Origin: Methanomicrobia archaeon
Lineage (GTDB): Archaea; Halobacteriota; Syntropharchaeia; Alkanophagales; Methanospirareceae
Direction of reading: 5' to 3'
Length of the DNA stretch: 64,000 bases
NCBI GenBank assembly: GCA_016930255.1
Contig: JAFGHB010000004.1
Location: 1,444-65,443, forward strand
In this document: positions 10,189 to 19,633 of the stretch, piece by piece
Numbering within the stretch: the first letter of the stretch is position 1
Layout: each line of letters opens with the position of its first letter
Translations under genes and position numbers: made by a program
Notes under the pieces: generated by a model
Databases searched by the model: none
Seen by the model: the letters and a program-made list of their open reading frames with translations, nothing else
What the model was told of the DNA's origin: nothing

Positions 10189-10616
10189 TTCCGCTCGCCA
10201 CTAATCTCATCGCACTACTCATAGATAAAATTTCACTTGCCGATAGCGCTCTCAGTTCATTTGATTTGGACCGCCCCATAACCAGCCGACAAGTGGCGGA
10301 ACCAAGCAGAGATTCGCCATCATCGTTTCGAGGGCAGTATAAACGTGCGTCGTAGGACTGAACCCAAGAGACGAGCACCAAGAAACCCACGGGAACGATA
10401 AGAATAGAATGAGGGCCAAACTGGCGAGCGTTACGAAAAGGAATGCAAACAGCAAAGCTTCACGAAACTTTCTCATTACCTCTTAAGTTTTTTTATCTTC
10501 AAAAAATTTTCACTCCTAAAGTCTGGCACTTTCGAGACTTCTGGAGCAAAGCCAAGTTCAGGGCAAATTTTTTTATATCCTGGAGATGATACAGTAAACC
10601 AAGGCAGGTGATAAAA

Positions 10617-10895
10617 ATGAGTGGTAAAAAGCACGTTGCCGTAGAAGAGGCAAAGGAAATTGGTGAAACGTTGGGGATTACGTGGGATACGTTCGATGTA
10701 GATCAATTCAGGCGAGGTATGGATGTGGAGTTGGAGCACGGTTCCCGCGATCCCGCAACAAATGTGACCAATGACGACCTTTTGACGACGGGAAAAATCG
10801 CGTTGGCGCACCTCAATGAGTTCCCGGACTATTACGATCGGCTGGAGAAGATGGAGCAAGAAGCGGAGAAGTTTTGGGCAGAGAAGGAAAAATAG
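10617..10895 (+). CDS. small conserved hypothetical protein
   Basis: ATG at 10617 follows an AGGTGAT Shine-Dalgarno site. 92-aa acidic soluble protein (MSGKKHVAVEEAKEIGE...VELEHG...). Family not assigned. Confidence 0.5.
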   Translation: MSGKKHVAVEEAKEIGETLGITWDTFDVDQFRRGMDVELEHGSRDPATNVTNDDLLTTGKIALAHLNEFPDYYDRLEKMEQEAEKFWAEKEK

Positions 10896-11245
10896 CCTTT
10901 ACGCTCGCAGGGCACGAGATAACGCGAAGGACGTAAGATTTGCTCTTTCTATTCAGCCGCAAAAACCGGCTTGAGTCCAGATGACTGAGCGCGCGAAAAC
11001 GAGGAACGAGCCTGCCGGTTCATACTAGTGACGTTCTCGTTAACGCGTTCTTTCGCGCAGCGCAATTCTTTGGTTGAAGAGAAACGGTTTCATTCAGAAG
11101 AATCTCTCTAAACAAACCTCTTCTTTGGGAACAAGATAACCTGTGCTAAAACAAGAACCTTCTCGTTAGGTATTTTCTTCTTAAAGAGCGATAGTTATAC
11201 AGAAAAAGGGATGCGTGATACACTGAGATGAGGAGGTGAGAAGTA

Positions 11246-11977
11246 ATGGAACCAGATATTGGTGCAGTTTTAGGACAATTTGATTCTATTAGAGACCATA
11301 CAAGACAGATTCTACAACGTATAGGACGTGGCGGTTGGGTTGATTATACCGAGGAGGGAAAAATCCTTGTTGAAGAATATACTGATGCTAAAATGCAGTT
11401 TGAAAGAATAAAGGGTAAACAAAAGTTTAAAGTGACTCTCCTGGATATAGAATGGATACCATCAGGATGGGCTAAGGAAAAAGCACTCCTTAGAAGAACT
11501 GAGATAGAATGCAGTAAAGCTATTGGCGCTTTAGGAAGTATAGGCACTCCTTTACCTAAAGACGAATTGGACAAACTTTCGGCGCTCAGGGAGGAATTGG
11601 AAAAGCTATCCAAAGTATTGCCTGATATAAACTACGAAAGAAACTTAAGCGAGGCAATAGATGAATACGTAAAAGGAGATTATCTTGCATCAGCATTAAT
11701 CTCCGGTCGTGTTATTATTTACGCTCTAAATCAAATCCCTAGAAAATCTGATGAGGAAAAAGTGAAATTTTTGCTCGAGAAAAAGATTGTAGAGGAAAAC
11801 AGAAAAGACATCCACGAAGCGATAATAAAAGCGAGTAGAAAAGCAAGGAATTTCTTCTCTCACGATATCAAAGTAATCCCAACGCCATCTGAAGCACATT
11901 CATTATTGGGTGAATCCATTGGAATTCTAGACGTGGTTAGCAAAGTCTTGAAGGATGAGGAATACCTTCATAAATAA
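11246..11977 (+). CDS. hypothetical protein with C-terminal HEPN-like RNxxxH motif
   Basis: 243-aa ORF in an AT-rich stretch, preceded by GAGGAGGTGA. R-N-F-F-S-H is encoded at 11846-11863 within a helical C-terminal ~110 aa. Confidence 0.45.
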   Translation: MEPDIGAVLGQFDSIRDHTRQILQRIGRGGWVDYTEEGKILVEEYTDAKMQFERIKGKQKFKVTLLDIEWIPSGWAKEKALLRRTEIECSKAIGALGSIGTPLPKDELDKLSALREELEKLSKVLPDINYERNLSEAIDEYVKGDYLASALISGRVIIYALNQIPRKSDEEKVKFLLEKKIVEENRKDIHEAIIKASRKARNFFSHDIKVIPTPSEAHSLLGESIGILDVVSKVLKDEEYLHK

Positions 11978-12008
11978 TGGGGGCCAAGAAACTCGTAAAG
12001 GTGTAAGA

Positions 12009-13382
12009 ATGAAAGAAGAAATAGACTTCTCCTTATTCTCCCCTACCGATTACCGGTATGCCGTGGCTGATTTACGGGCTTACCTCTCCGATGAGGCGTA
12101 CGTTACGTATAAAGCGAAGATAGAAGCGGCGCTTGCTCAAGTATTCGAGAGCAGAGGCCTGTTAAAGCACGAGTTGTGCGAGGAGATCGTGGCTGCTACG
12201 AAAGCAATCACCGCAGAAGAGGTATACGACGAGGAGCAGAAGACGAAGCACGACATCCGTGCGCTGGTTAACGTTATCAGGAGCAGGGTAAGCGACGAGG
12301 CGAAACCCTTCGTGCATCTCGGTGCGACCTCGTATGATATCGTGGATACTGCGAATGCGCTCCGATACAGAGACGCCGTGCTGAACGTCATTATTGAGGA
12401 TATGCTCGCCCTTGAGCGAACGTGGATAAAGCTGGCACGGCGTGAGAAAGACACGCTTCAGATTGGGCGGACGCACGGCCAGCATGCCGAGCCGATCACC
12501 TTCGGGTTCGCACTCGCGCAGTACGTGAACCGCTGGGGTTCCTCGATAGAACGGGTGAAAGAATCGAGTGTGAACCTCGTCGGCAAATTCTCCGGTGCCG
12601 TCGGCGCGTATAATGCGACCTCTTTGTTAATCGACGATCCCGAAGCGTTTGAACAGGAAGTGCTCGCTCTGCTTAACATCAAACCTGCACCAATATCCAC
12701 CCAGATCGTGCCGCCGGAGCCGATGGCTGATTTCGTTCATGCAGTTATCAGCAGCTTCTCGGTCCTGGCGAATTTCTGCGACGATATGCGGCACCTTCAG
12801 CGCAGTGAACTCAGCGAGGTGATGGAGCGCGTGGCGGCGGAGCAGGTCGGCTCGTCAACGATGCCGCACAAGCGAAACCCGATCGGGTTCGAGAGCGTGA
12901 AGAGCCTCTGGAAGAAGTTCATGCCGCAAACCATAACCATGCACCTCGATCAGATCTCCGAACATCAACGCGACCTCACAAACTCGGCATCGCAGCGCTA
13001 CATCCAGGAACTCCTCGTAGCGTTTGACTACTGCATACGCAAGCTAACGCAAATTTCCGAGCGGTTAGAAGTGGATCGCGAGCGGATGCAGGCGAACTTT
13101 TCGCGAGCAAGTGATAACATTATTGCCGAGCCACTGTATATTCTGCTCTCGTACTACGGGCATCCGGACGCGCACGAATACGTGCGTAAAAAGAGCTTCC
13201 AGGCTTATAAAGAGCATAAACCGTTGAAAGAACTTATCGAGGCGGACCCCGAAATAGCGGAGTATTTAGAACGATTTACGAGCGAGCAGCGTGAGTCGGT
13301 GTTCAACCCAGAGAAGTACACGGGCAAAGCGGCGGAGAAGGCGGAGGAGATCGCGAGTTACTGGGAGAAGAAATCAACTTAA
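12009..13382 (+). CDS. purB: adenylosuccinate lyase
   Basis: Start chosen at MKEEIDF. FSPTDYRYA, GRTHGQHAEPITFG and the signature SSTMPHKRNP are diagnostic of PurB / fumarate-lyase superfamily members. Confidence 0.9.
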   Translation: MKEEIDFSLFSPTDYRYAVADLRAYLSDEAYVTYKAKIEAALAQVFESRGLLKHELCEEIVAATKAITAEEVYDEEQKTKHDIRALVNVIRSRVSDEAKPFVHLGATSYDIVDTANALRYRDAVLNVIIEDMLALERTWIKLARREKDTLQIGRTHGQHAEPITFGFALAQYVNRWGSSIERVKESSVNLVGKFSGAVGAYNATSLLIDDPEAFEQEVLALLNIKPAPISTQIVPPEPMADFVHAVISSFSVLANFCDDMRHLQRSELSEVMERVAAEQVGSSTMPHKRNPIGFESVKSLWKKFMPQTITMHLDQISEHQRDLTNSASQRYIQELLVAFDYCIRKLTQISERLEVDRERMQANFSRASDNIIAEPLYILLSYYGHPDAHEYVRKKSFQAYKEHKPLKELIEADPEIAEYLERFTSEQRESVFNPEKYTGKAAEKAEEIASYWEKKST

Positions 13383-13417
13383 CTTCCATATAGGTGAGTC
13401 GATTACAAGAAGAGTGG

Positions 13418-14005
13418 TCATTTGGATTCTATGTAGTTTATAAACGTCTTTAAAACATCCTCTGAAAGTACTAAACGCCTATCAAAGCTTTCAACTAATC
13501 TTTCCGATACACTATCTTGAAAATATGCTCCGTAAACTCGCTTTCCTGTTAAATCCTTTATCGATTTTATTAAATCAACATAATCATCGTCTCCTCCTAA
13601 AAGAAGTGCAATTTCGTAATGATTTAGAAATGCTTTTGTTATCATATCGATTGCTAATAGGACATCGACACCTTTTTGGCGAGGTTTATTACCTTTAGTT
13701 TTTATCAATCGCCCAAGTTTAACCTCATAATTACTGTTATTTCTTATGTACTTGAAATACTCCTCTTGTTCGTCATACTTTGGATCTCTAGGCTCCACTA
13801 TTGCATCATACCAATAAACTCTAATTAATTCCGGATGGATGAGCCGTTCCAGAATAAACCCATTAAGGCTGAGAGCTAATGAAGCAAAATTTATGTCATC
13901 GTGGCCGAATACCTTTTTAACTTCCGCTCTAAGGTACCCTCCATCTATGAATATCATTACAGGGCGATATGATGGAGTTGGACCCGTTGTGACAATATGC
14001 CCCAT
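13418..14005 (-). CDS. NYN (LabA-like) domain protein, putative RNase
   Basis: 195-aa ORF in an AT-rich stretch. IFIDGGYL, GVDVLLAIDM and LLGGDDDYVDLI match the acidic NYN/LabA catalytic blocks. Confidence 0.65.
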   Translation of the reverse strand: MGHIVTTGPTPSYRPVMIFIDGGYLRAEVKKVFGHDDINFASLALSLNGFILERLIHPELIRVYWYDAIVEPRDPKYDEQEEYFKYIRNNSNYEVKLGRLIKTKGNKPRQKGVDVLLAIDMITKAFLNHYEIALLLGGDDDYVDLIKSIKDLTGKRVYGAYFQDSVSERLVESFDRRLVLSEDVLKTFINYIESK

Positions 14006-14098
14006 TTTGATTTTCCTCTAAATTCTGTCTTACCTTTCTTGTATAAATATTCATGTATCATTTATTTCGATTTTGATCAAGTATTCGAAAAACTTACC

Positions 14099-14368
14099 CT
14101 ACACCCGCCACAGCGGCAGATAAAAGAGCAGAAACGCCAGTATCATCAACGCGATCGCTAAGAGTATCACTACTTTTACCGCGCCAAGATCCGAGCCAAA
14201 AATGATGGGGATCGGTCCGATCATAATGACGCCGCCGCCACGCACGCTGGGTTCTGGTTTCTCCATGCCTCCTGTCTTCCAGCTCTGATACGTTATGCTG
14301 AACACCCCAGCAAGGATGACCAGCATCCCTATGAACACGATCAGGAACCCTACAGTAATGAGTTTCAT
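14099..14368 (-). CDS. small membrane protein (TIGR00304/DUF131-like)
   Basis: 89-aa ORF with two to three TM helices and the GGGVIMIGPIPIIFGSD core typical of this archaeal family. Confidence 0.55.
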   Translation of the reverse strand: MKLITVGFLIVFIGMLVILAGVFSITYQSWKTGGMEKPEPSVRGGGVIMIGPIPIIFGSDLGAVKVVILLAIALMILAFLLFYLPLWRV

Positions 14369-14670
14369 CGGCTGTTAGTGACTCTTTTTGTTATATCATT
14401 TGTCATCACGCGTTGTTAAATCTTTATTTTGCGATTGTCTCGCGCATTGTTCTAGGTGCACATCGACAGCCGAAGGTTATTACCGATAAAAAATGAAAGG
14501 TTTAATTGCCAGAGGAGGGGAGGTGGAACTCGTCGCCGGGAAGCGGTCATGGATGGGAGCGCATATGGAAGAGTACGATGGAGAAGATAGGGGTTTAAGT
14601 GTTGCGGCTTCTACGGTTATGTGCCTGCAGTGCGGTGTAAAGGTGCAAAATCGAATTGGTAATAATTTGA

Positions 14671-15804
14671 ATGGAACAGGAGGTTGAAAAGAGAATGGAG
14701 ATCTGTAAATTCCCGTATATAAACGAGACGGCGGGAAATGTCAGGAGGATCAACGAGGAAGCGGTCAGGAAACTGCTCGATAATTTACGGGAAGCAGATT
14801 GCCTCGTACTTGCCGCCGAGGGGCGATCTAAAGCCGCGCTTCGCATTGGCATCAGCCAGATTGACAAAGAAGTGAAATTCGTGGAGGATATTGATTTCCC
14901 GGGGCGGAATCTGCTGGAAGCCGCGCCGGTCTTGCAGAGCAGATATGAGAAAATCAGCCTGGTGATCAATACGAGCAGCGGAAGGACCACCACACCAACG
15001 GTAATCGCGGAGGATCTGGCAGGGTATATCGATACGCACGATGCGGCCCATAAGCAGTTTTCCATCGATGTCGTTACATCCAAACTGGACTCGGCAATCG
15101 GGCAATTAGGTGAGCGATACGGAACGATGCTGGAGCTCAGCGGCCCTAAAACTCGCACCAAAACTGCGGATTGGGTGCTTGAGCAGGGCATAATGAACGA
15201 CGTCTACGAGCTGGGGAGTATGGTGCTGTTCCAGAAGCTCAAAGAGGCGATAAATGGAGGCCGTGACCATCAGTGGGTAATAGACGAGACAAACAAGGAG
15301 ATGGAAGTGGTAGGCGAGATAATTAATCGGTACGTCGATTCCGAGGTCTACCAGAGCTTGGCGGAGAAAATGAGCACACGCGGTCATGTTACCGTTGGCG
15401 GTCGTGGCCCGGCGAAGAACGTGGCGGAGATGACGGTTATCCGGTTACAGCACGTGAAACGCGCAATGGGGGATCAAGCGTATTTATCAGGGGAATTAGC
15501 GCCCAAGCCCCGACGCGGCGACTGCCTCTTGCTCGTCTCCTGGAGTGGCGAGAACAAGCCGCTTTCCGCGTGGCAGCATAAGTATGAAAGCTCAGGAGCT
15601 GTCACTTTCTCGATCGTGGGCAATAAATCAACCCTTTCTAAAGCCACTGATAGCATTATCATTGAAAGCCCTTCAACTCAGTTTTATCTCCGTGCTGCCT
15701 TCCTGTTGAGCCCACTACCGCTGTTGCTGGTAGCGAACCTGGAGAAAGAGGGTTTTGGTCTGCCTCCTGAAATTATGAATTGGTATCACAGCTCAACCGA
15801 ATAA
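14671..15804 (+). CDS. hypothetical protein, possibly tandem SIS-like folds
   Basis: 377-aa ORF. Only weak SIS-like blocks (CLVLAAEGRSKAA, CLLLVSWSGENKP), so the assignment is tentative. Confidence 0.35.
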   Translation: MEQEVEKRMEICKFPYINETAGNVRRINEEAVRKLLDNLREADCLVLAAEGRSKAALRIGISQIDKEVKFVEDIDFPGRNLLEAAPVLQSRYEKISLVINTSSGRTTTPTVIAEDLAGYIDTHDAAHKQFSIDVVTSKLDSAIGQLGERYGTMLELSGPKTRTKTADWVLEQGIMNDVYELGSMVLFQKLKEAINGGRDHQWVIDETNKEMEVVGEIINRYVDSEVYQSLAEKMSTRGHVTVGGRGPAKNVAEMTVIRLQHVKRAMGDQAYLSGELAPKPRRGDCLLLVSWSGENKPLSAWQHKYESSGAVTFSIVGNKSTLSKATDSIIIESPSTQFYLRAAFLLSPLPLLLVANLEKEGFGLPPEIMNWYHSSTE

Positions 15805-15835
15805 ATAAGTACGTACCGTACGCCAGCCACACCAT

Positions 15836-17269
15836 TCACCCGCAGAGGTTCATCACGCCTCGCGCCGCGAGTATGCCCGTAGCCGCTGCGTTAACGATGT
15901 CTCGGGACAGTCCGGTACCGTCTCCCGCGGCAAAGAGCTTTTTCACCGTCGTCTCCATATTCCCATCCACTTTCGTCCGCATCGCGTAGAACTTTATCTC
16001 CGGCGCGTAGAGCAGCGTCGAATCCGACGCGACGCCTGGGATGATCTCATTCAGCTTCTCCAGCCCTTCTATAATGTCCATCGTGATTCGATGCGGCAGC
16101 GCCATGGAAATATCGCCGGGCGTTACATCCGTGAGTGTATTCCGCACTAAATTCCGCTTTATACTCGTCCATGAGGACCTTCTCCCGCGTCGTAAATCGC
16201 CCATTCGCTGTATTATCGGCTTTCCACCGCCGATCGTGGTCGCCAACTTCGCGATCGACCGTCCGTACCGTGTAGTATTTTCTACCGGTTCCGTCAGCCC
16301 GACTCGCACGAGGAACGCGAAATTAGTGTTCTCTGACTTCTTGGACTTCAACGAATGACCGTTTACACCGATAAAATCTACGTACTCCTCTTTAACCACG
16401 AAACCGTGCTCGTTGGTACAGAACGTCCGTGTGAAATCGTCGTACCGCTTTGTCCGTATATGGAACTTCGGGTCGTGGTTTATTCTCGTCACCGGATCCA
16501 TGGTGATCGCCGGCACCTCTACCCGCACACCAACGTCAATATCCACGTATTCCGCGTCGATTCCATGCTTCTTGATGATTTTATCGACCCAGGTCGCACC
16601 CACTCGCCCGGGCGTTAAGAGCGTGCATCCGCCCTTTATTGTATCGCCGGCCTCGGTTATCACGCCCCGGCATACCTTTGCCCTTTTCTTTCCCCCGTCT
16701 TCTTCCGCTTCTATAAGCAGGTCAACGACGTGCGTATTGAGCATAAACTCGATGCCGTGCGCAACCAAATCGTCTTTAAACGCTTCTATCACTGCTTGCG
16801 TTTTGTCAGACCCGATATGCCTCTGATTGATCTCGATAAAACTCGCGCCGACCGAAGCGGCTCGCCTCTTCAGCTTCTCTATATCCTCCTCAGTACCGTT
16901 ATAAAGCTCGTCCGGCATACCGTACTTGAGGAAGACCGCATCCACATCCCTCACGAGCTGCCATGCAGTTTCGTTATCGCAGAATTCGGCAAGGTTACCA
17001 CCAACATCCGGTCGGAGATTGAGCGTGCCGTCGGAGAACGTTCCGGAACCGCCTACGCCGCACATGATGTTGCATTCCTTACAGTGCTGACAATAGCCGA
17101 CCTCTTCCACAAAGCACCGTCTCTCCTTGACGTCCTTGCCCTTCTCGATGATCAAAACTCGTTTCTTCTGGCCTTCACGCCCTAGCCATCTATCTTTCAG
17201 CTCGTTCGCCGCGAATAAGCCTGCAGGGCCTGCTCCAACTATAATAACATCATAAAAATCCTCGTTCAT
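15836..17269 (-). CDS. FAD-dependent oxidoreductase (COG2509-like)
   Basis: 477-aa ORF. N-terminal dinucleotide-binding motif DVIIVGAGPAGLFAA and a C-terminal AAGDGTGLSRDIV block. Confidence 0.75.
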   Translation of the reverse strand: MNEDFYDVIIVGAGPAGLFAANELKDRWLGREGQKKRVLIIEKGKDVKERRCFVEEVGYCQHCKECNIMCGVGGSGTFSDGTLNLRPDVGGNLAEFCDNETAWQLVRDVDAVFLKYGMPDELYNGTEEDIEKLKRRAASVGASFIEINQRHIGSDKTQAVIEAFKDDLVAHGIEFMLNTHVVDLLIEAEEDGGKKRAKVCRGVITEAGDTIKGGCTLLTPGRVGATWVDKIIKKHGIDAEYVDIDVGVRVEVPAITMDPVTRINHDPKFHIRTKRYDDFTRTFCTNEHGFVVKEEYVDFIGVNGHSLKSKKSENTNFAFLVRVGLTEPVENTTRYGRSIAKLATTIGGGKPIIQRMGDLRRGRRSSWTSIKRNLVRNTLTDVTPGDISMALPHRITMDIIEGLEKLNEIIPGVASDSTLLYAPEIKFYAMRTKVDGNMETTVKKLFAAGDGTGLSRDIVNAAATGILAARGVMNLCG

Positions 17270-17289
17270 CGTTCCGTGCGTGCAATCAA

Positions 17290-17363
17290 CGGGCCGGGAG
17301 GGATTTGAACCCCCGACGGACAGGTTAAGAGCCTGCTGCTCTACCTTTCTGAGCTACCGGCCC
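17290..17363 (-). tRNA. tRNA-Lys: tRNA-Lys (CUU)
   Basis: The reverse complement folds as GGGCCGG-TA-GCTC..GAGC, anticodon stem GCAGG/CCTGT with loop CTCTTAA, T-arm GGGGG-TTCAAAT-CCCTC, acceptor CCGGCCC-G. Confidence 0.85.
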
Positions 17364-17453
17364 ATCTTTATATACGCACACCAGTACTTAAATTTACTCC
17401 AACTTGTAATAAGTATACTTTTAGCGCACGGTGAGAAGGAACGGGAAAATCAC

Positions 17454-18764
17454 TCAGAAATCAAGCAAAGAGAGCTGCTTTTTCCTCCCATATTCACGTT
17501 CCTGTTCTAACTCGGACCCGTCGCCTCGCTCTCGCGTATCCACGCCTGTATCTGCCGTTAGCTGGATGGCACCGTATTTGCCGCCGCCACCGGGTAGTAT
17601 CCGTATTTTCCCGCCTCTAAACGCGCGTATCGCTTCTACCACACGCTCCAGCGCGGTCGCGTTGAACTCGAAATGCGCGCCCTCAATGGAATCGAGCGGC
17701 GTGTCGATCAACACGGTGACTTCGGTGCCGAATTCCGCCAAGAGCGATTCCCAGATCTGCTGTACCGTTTTTGAACTCGGTGATTTCTGTACTGCTAACC
17801 CGACCACTTCAGCCAGCGGTATCAGATGCAGATACGGCGGACGATGCTCTGGATGCGTGCCATCGCAATTTGCAAGCTCGTTCACTCGGTCCCGCACCCC
17901 TTTCTTTATCAGACCGCCGCAATCGCATCGCCATCGTCTCGCAATGGCCTCGGCAAGCGAATAATGTGTATAGCAGCGGATACACGCGCTTTCGTTGTAC
18001 TTGCCCTCCTGCGGTGGGAATCCGACGTTAAGCACGGATTTCCGTCCTCTTTCGCGTTGTATCGCCGCTTTCAACTCTAAAAAGCTCAGGTCCTCCATCT
18101 GGAATCGGTTAAACTCCCTCGCCAATCGGATCGGGTACGGCGAATGCGCATCCGAGTTCGTCAAGAACGTAAGATCGCGCAGCTCCTCTATGCGATCGGC
18201 ATACGAAGAATCCGCGCTCAGCCCCAGCTCCACGAAGGAGAGATAGCCCGCCATATCGCTGTAGCAGTCCGTGAGCGAATCATGATACGCGTACAACGCG
18301 GTCCAGGGCGTGAAGGCATGACAGGGCCCTATAAGCGCTCCTGCATCACGTGCATGCTCTGCTATCTCCGCTCCGCTCAGTCGCAGCGACGGTCTGCCGT
18401 CAGAATCGATATCCGGCGAATACGGTCTAAACGATTCGTACAACTCCTCTGCCTTCGAGATCGCAGGCACGATGAGCAGATGGTGCACCCGCCTCAAATC
18501 CTCCACCTCCACGGTAAGCACGAACGCCGTAGTTACGGCCCCGCCGGTTTCGTCCACGGTGCCTGCGGGTTTAAAGAAAAAGACGCCGTCCTGCTCCTCA
18601 AGCTCCTGCACTTCCTGTAACCATTTCGGATGCAAGCAGTCGCCCGTACCGAGGAGCTGTATCCCTTTCCGCCGCGCTTCGGCAGCAAGAGTCGGCAAAT
18701 CCATTCGGGGCGAAGTAGCAGCCGAGAAACGGGAATGGATATGTAAATCAGCGTTAATATTCAT
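17454..18764 (-). CDS. endonuclease Q-like PHP-domain protein (TIGR00375 family)
   Basis: 436-aa ORF. N-terminal ADLHIHSRFS PHP metal motif, an internal Cys cluster (CIRCYTHY...CDCGG) and size consistent with archaeal EndoQ. Confidence 0.7.
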   Translation of the reverse strand: MNINADLHIHSRFSAATSPRMDLPTLAAEARRKGIQLLGTGDCLHPKWLQEVQELEEQDGVFFFKPAGTVDETGGAVTTAFVLTVEVEDLRRVHHLLIVPAISKAEELYESFRPYSPDIDSDGRPSLRLSGAEIAEHARDAGALIGPCHAFTPWTALYAYHDSLTDCYSDMAGYLSFVELGLSADSSYADRIEELRDLTFLTNSDAHSPYPIRLAREFNRFQMEDLSFLELKAAIQRERGRKSVLNVGFPPQEGKYNESACIRCYTHYSLAEAIARRWRCDCGGLIKKGVRDRVNELANCDGTHPEHRPPYLHLIPLAEVVGLAVQKSPSSKTVQQIWESLLAEFGTEVTVLIDTPLDSIEGAHFEFNATALERVVEAIRAFRGGKIRILPGGGGKYGAIQLTADTGVDTRERGDGSELEQEREYGRKKQLSLLDF

Positions 18765-18774
18765 GTTCGTTCAA

Positions 18775-18849
18775 TAGCGGGGGATGGATTCGAACCACCG
18801 ATCTCCGGGTTATGAGCCCGACGGGATCTCCTAACTACCCTACCCCGCT
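18775..18849 (-). tRNA. tRNA-iMet: initiator tRNA-Met (CAU)
   Basis: The reverse complement starts with AGCGGGG and ends with CCCCGCT-A (A1:U72). The anticodon stem has three consecutive G:C pairs (GGG/CCC) flanking loop CTCATAA. These are archaeal initiator hallmarks. Confidence 0.85.
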
Positions 18850-18986
18850 CATGTAGGCGCTCTTGTTATAAGAAAAGAGGAGTTATAAATATAAATTTGC
18901 AATATCAGAAATTCGAGCATCAGGCGAACTCAAGAATGTTGCCAGTGTAAGCAAGGTTTTTATACCCCTAGTTTATATGAGGTTTC

Positions 18987-19280
18987 ATGATGAAAATGGA
19001 AGATACGTTAGTGAAGGACGCGCATGTGCTTCTGCATCCTATACGGTTCAGGATTGTGGAGCTGCTGGCGGAGAAGCCACTACACATAAACGGGATAAGC
19101 AAGGCGATGGGCGAAGAAAGACGACTTGTTTCTTACCATCTGCTGACGCTGGAGGAGTATGGATTTGTGAACAGCAGGTACGAGATATCGGAAGCGCCGA
19201 AGTCGAAGGGGAAAGCGATACGGAAATACTGGGTGACCGACAAAGTAGACCAAGTGATTTCAGAGATTAAGAAGATCTGA
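18987..19280 (+). CDS. ArsR-family winged-helix transcriptional regulator
   Basis: 97-aa ORF. HPIRFRIVELLAEKPLHINGISKAMGEERRLVSYHLLTLEEYGFV is a typical ArsR/SmtB HTH. Confidence 0.65.
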   Translation: MMKMEDTLVKDAHVLLHPIRFRIVELLAEKPLHINGISKAMGEERRLVSYHLLTLEEYGFVNSRYEISEAPKSKGKAIRKYWVTDKVDQVISEIKKI

Positions 19281-19633
19281 GTCACGACAAAGGAAGGACT
19301 ATCTTCCTATCACCTACTGATCTCTCCTCTTTACCCTTGTAGAGAGGTACGTATAGAGGCATGATCCTGTCAAATTATGCGAAAGGTGGGCACTCCTGCC
19401 TTTTCCTCTTTCTTTTTTTGTCCGTGTACCCGCTCGCTTGTGGTGCCTGGAAAAGTATAACGGAATTTTAACAAAAGCGGTTACATAACATAACTACGGT
19501 ATATGAAGCCAGCAACATCATACGTCACCACCCGCAACTTAAACGTGGATACGTAATCGACGCGTTTTTGGAAGACAAGACGGCTAATGGTTACTGTATA
19601 ACAAATCAGAAATTTAGATTGGAGATCGAGCAA

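Noticed and set aside
9545-10390. ORFs 9545-10054 (+), 10043-10390 (-), 10134-10355 (+), 10252-10476 (-)
   Set aside because: The first is antisense to arsM. The others lie in the arsM upstream region with no Shine-Dalgarno site or family signal. The hydrophobic 74-aa ORF (10252-10476) might be real, but I cannot support it.
14595-15191. 198-aa minus-strand ORF
   Set aside because: It overlaps the plus-strand 14671-15804 ORF on the opposite strand. It is Ser/Leu-rich with no recognisable features, so it is judged a shadow ORF.
17431-18777. Several 80-180-aa plus-strand ORFs (17431, 17771, 17826, 17995, 18144, 18472)
   Set aside because: All are antisense to, or out of frame with, the endonuclease Q-like gene, and none has family features.
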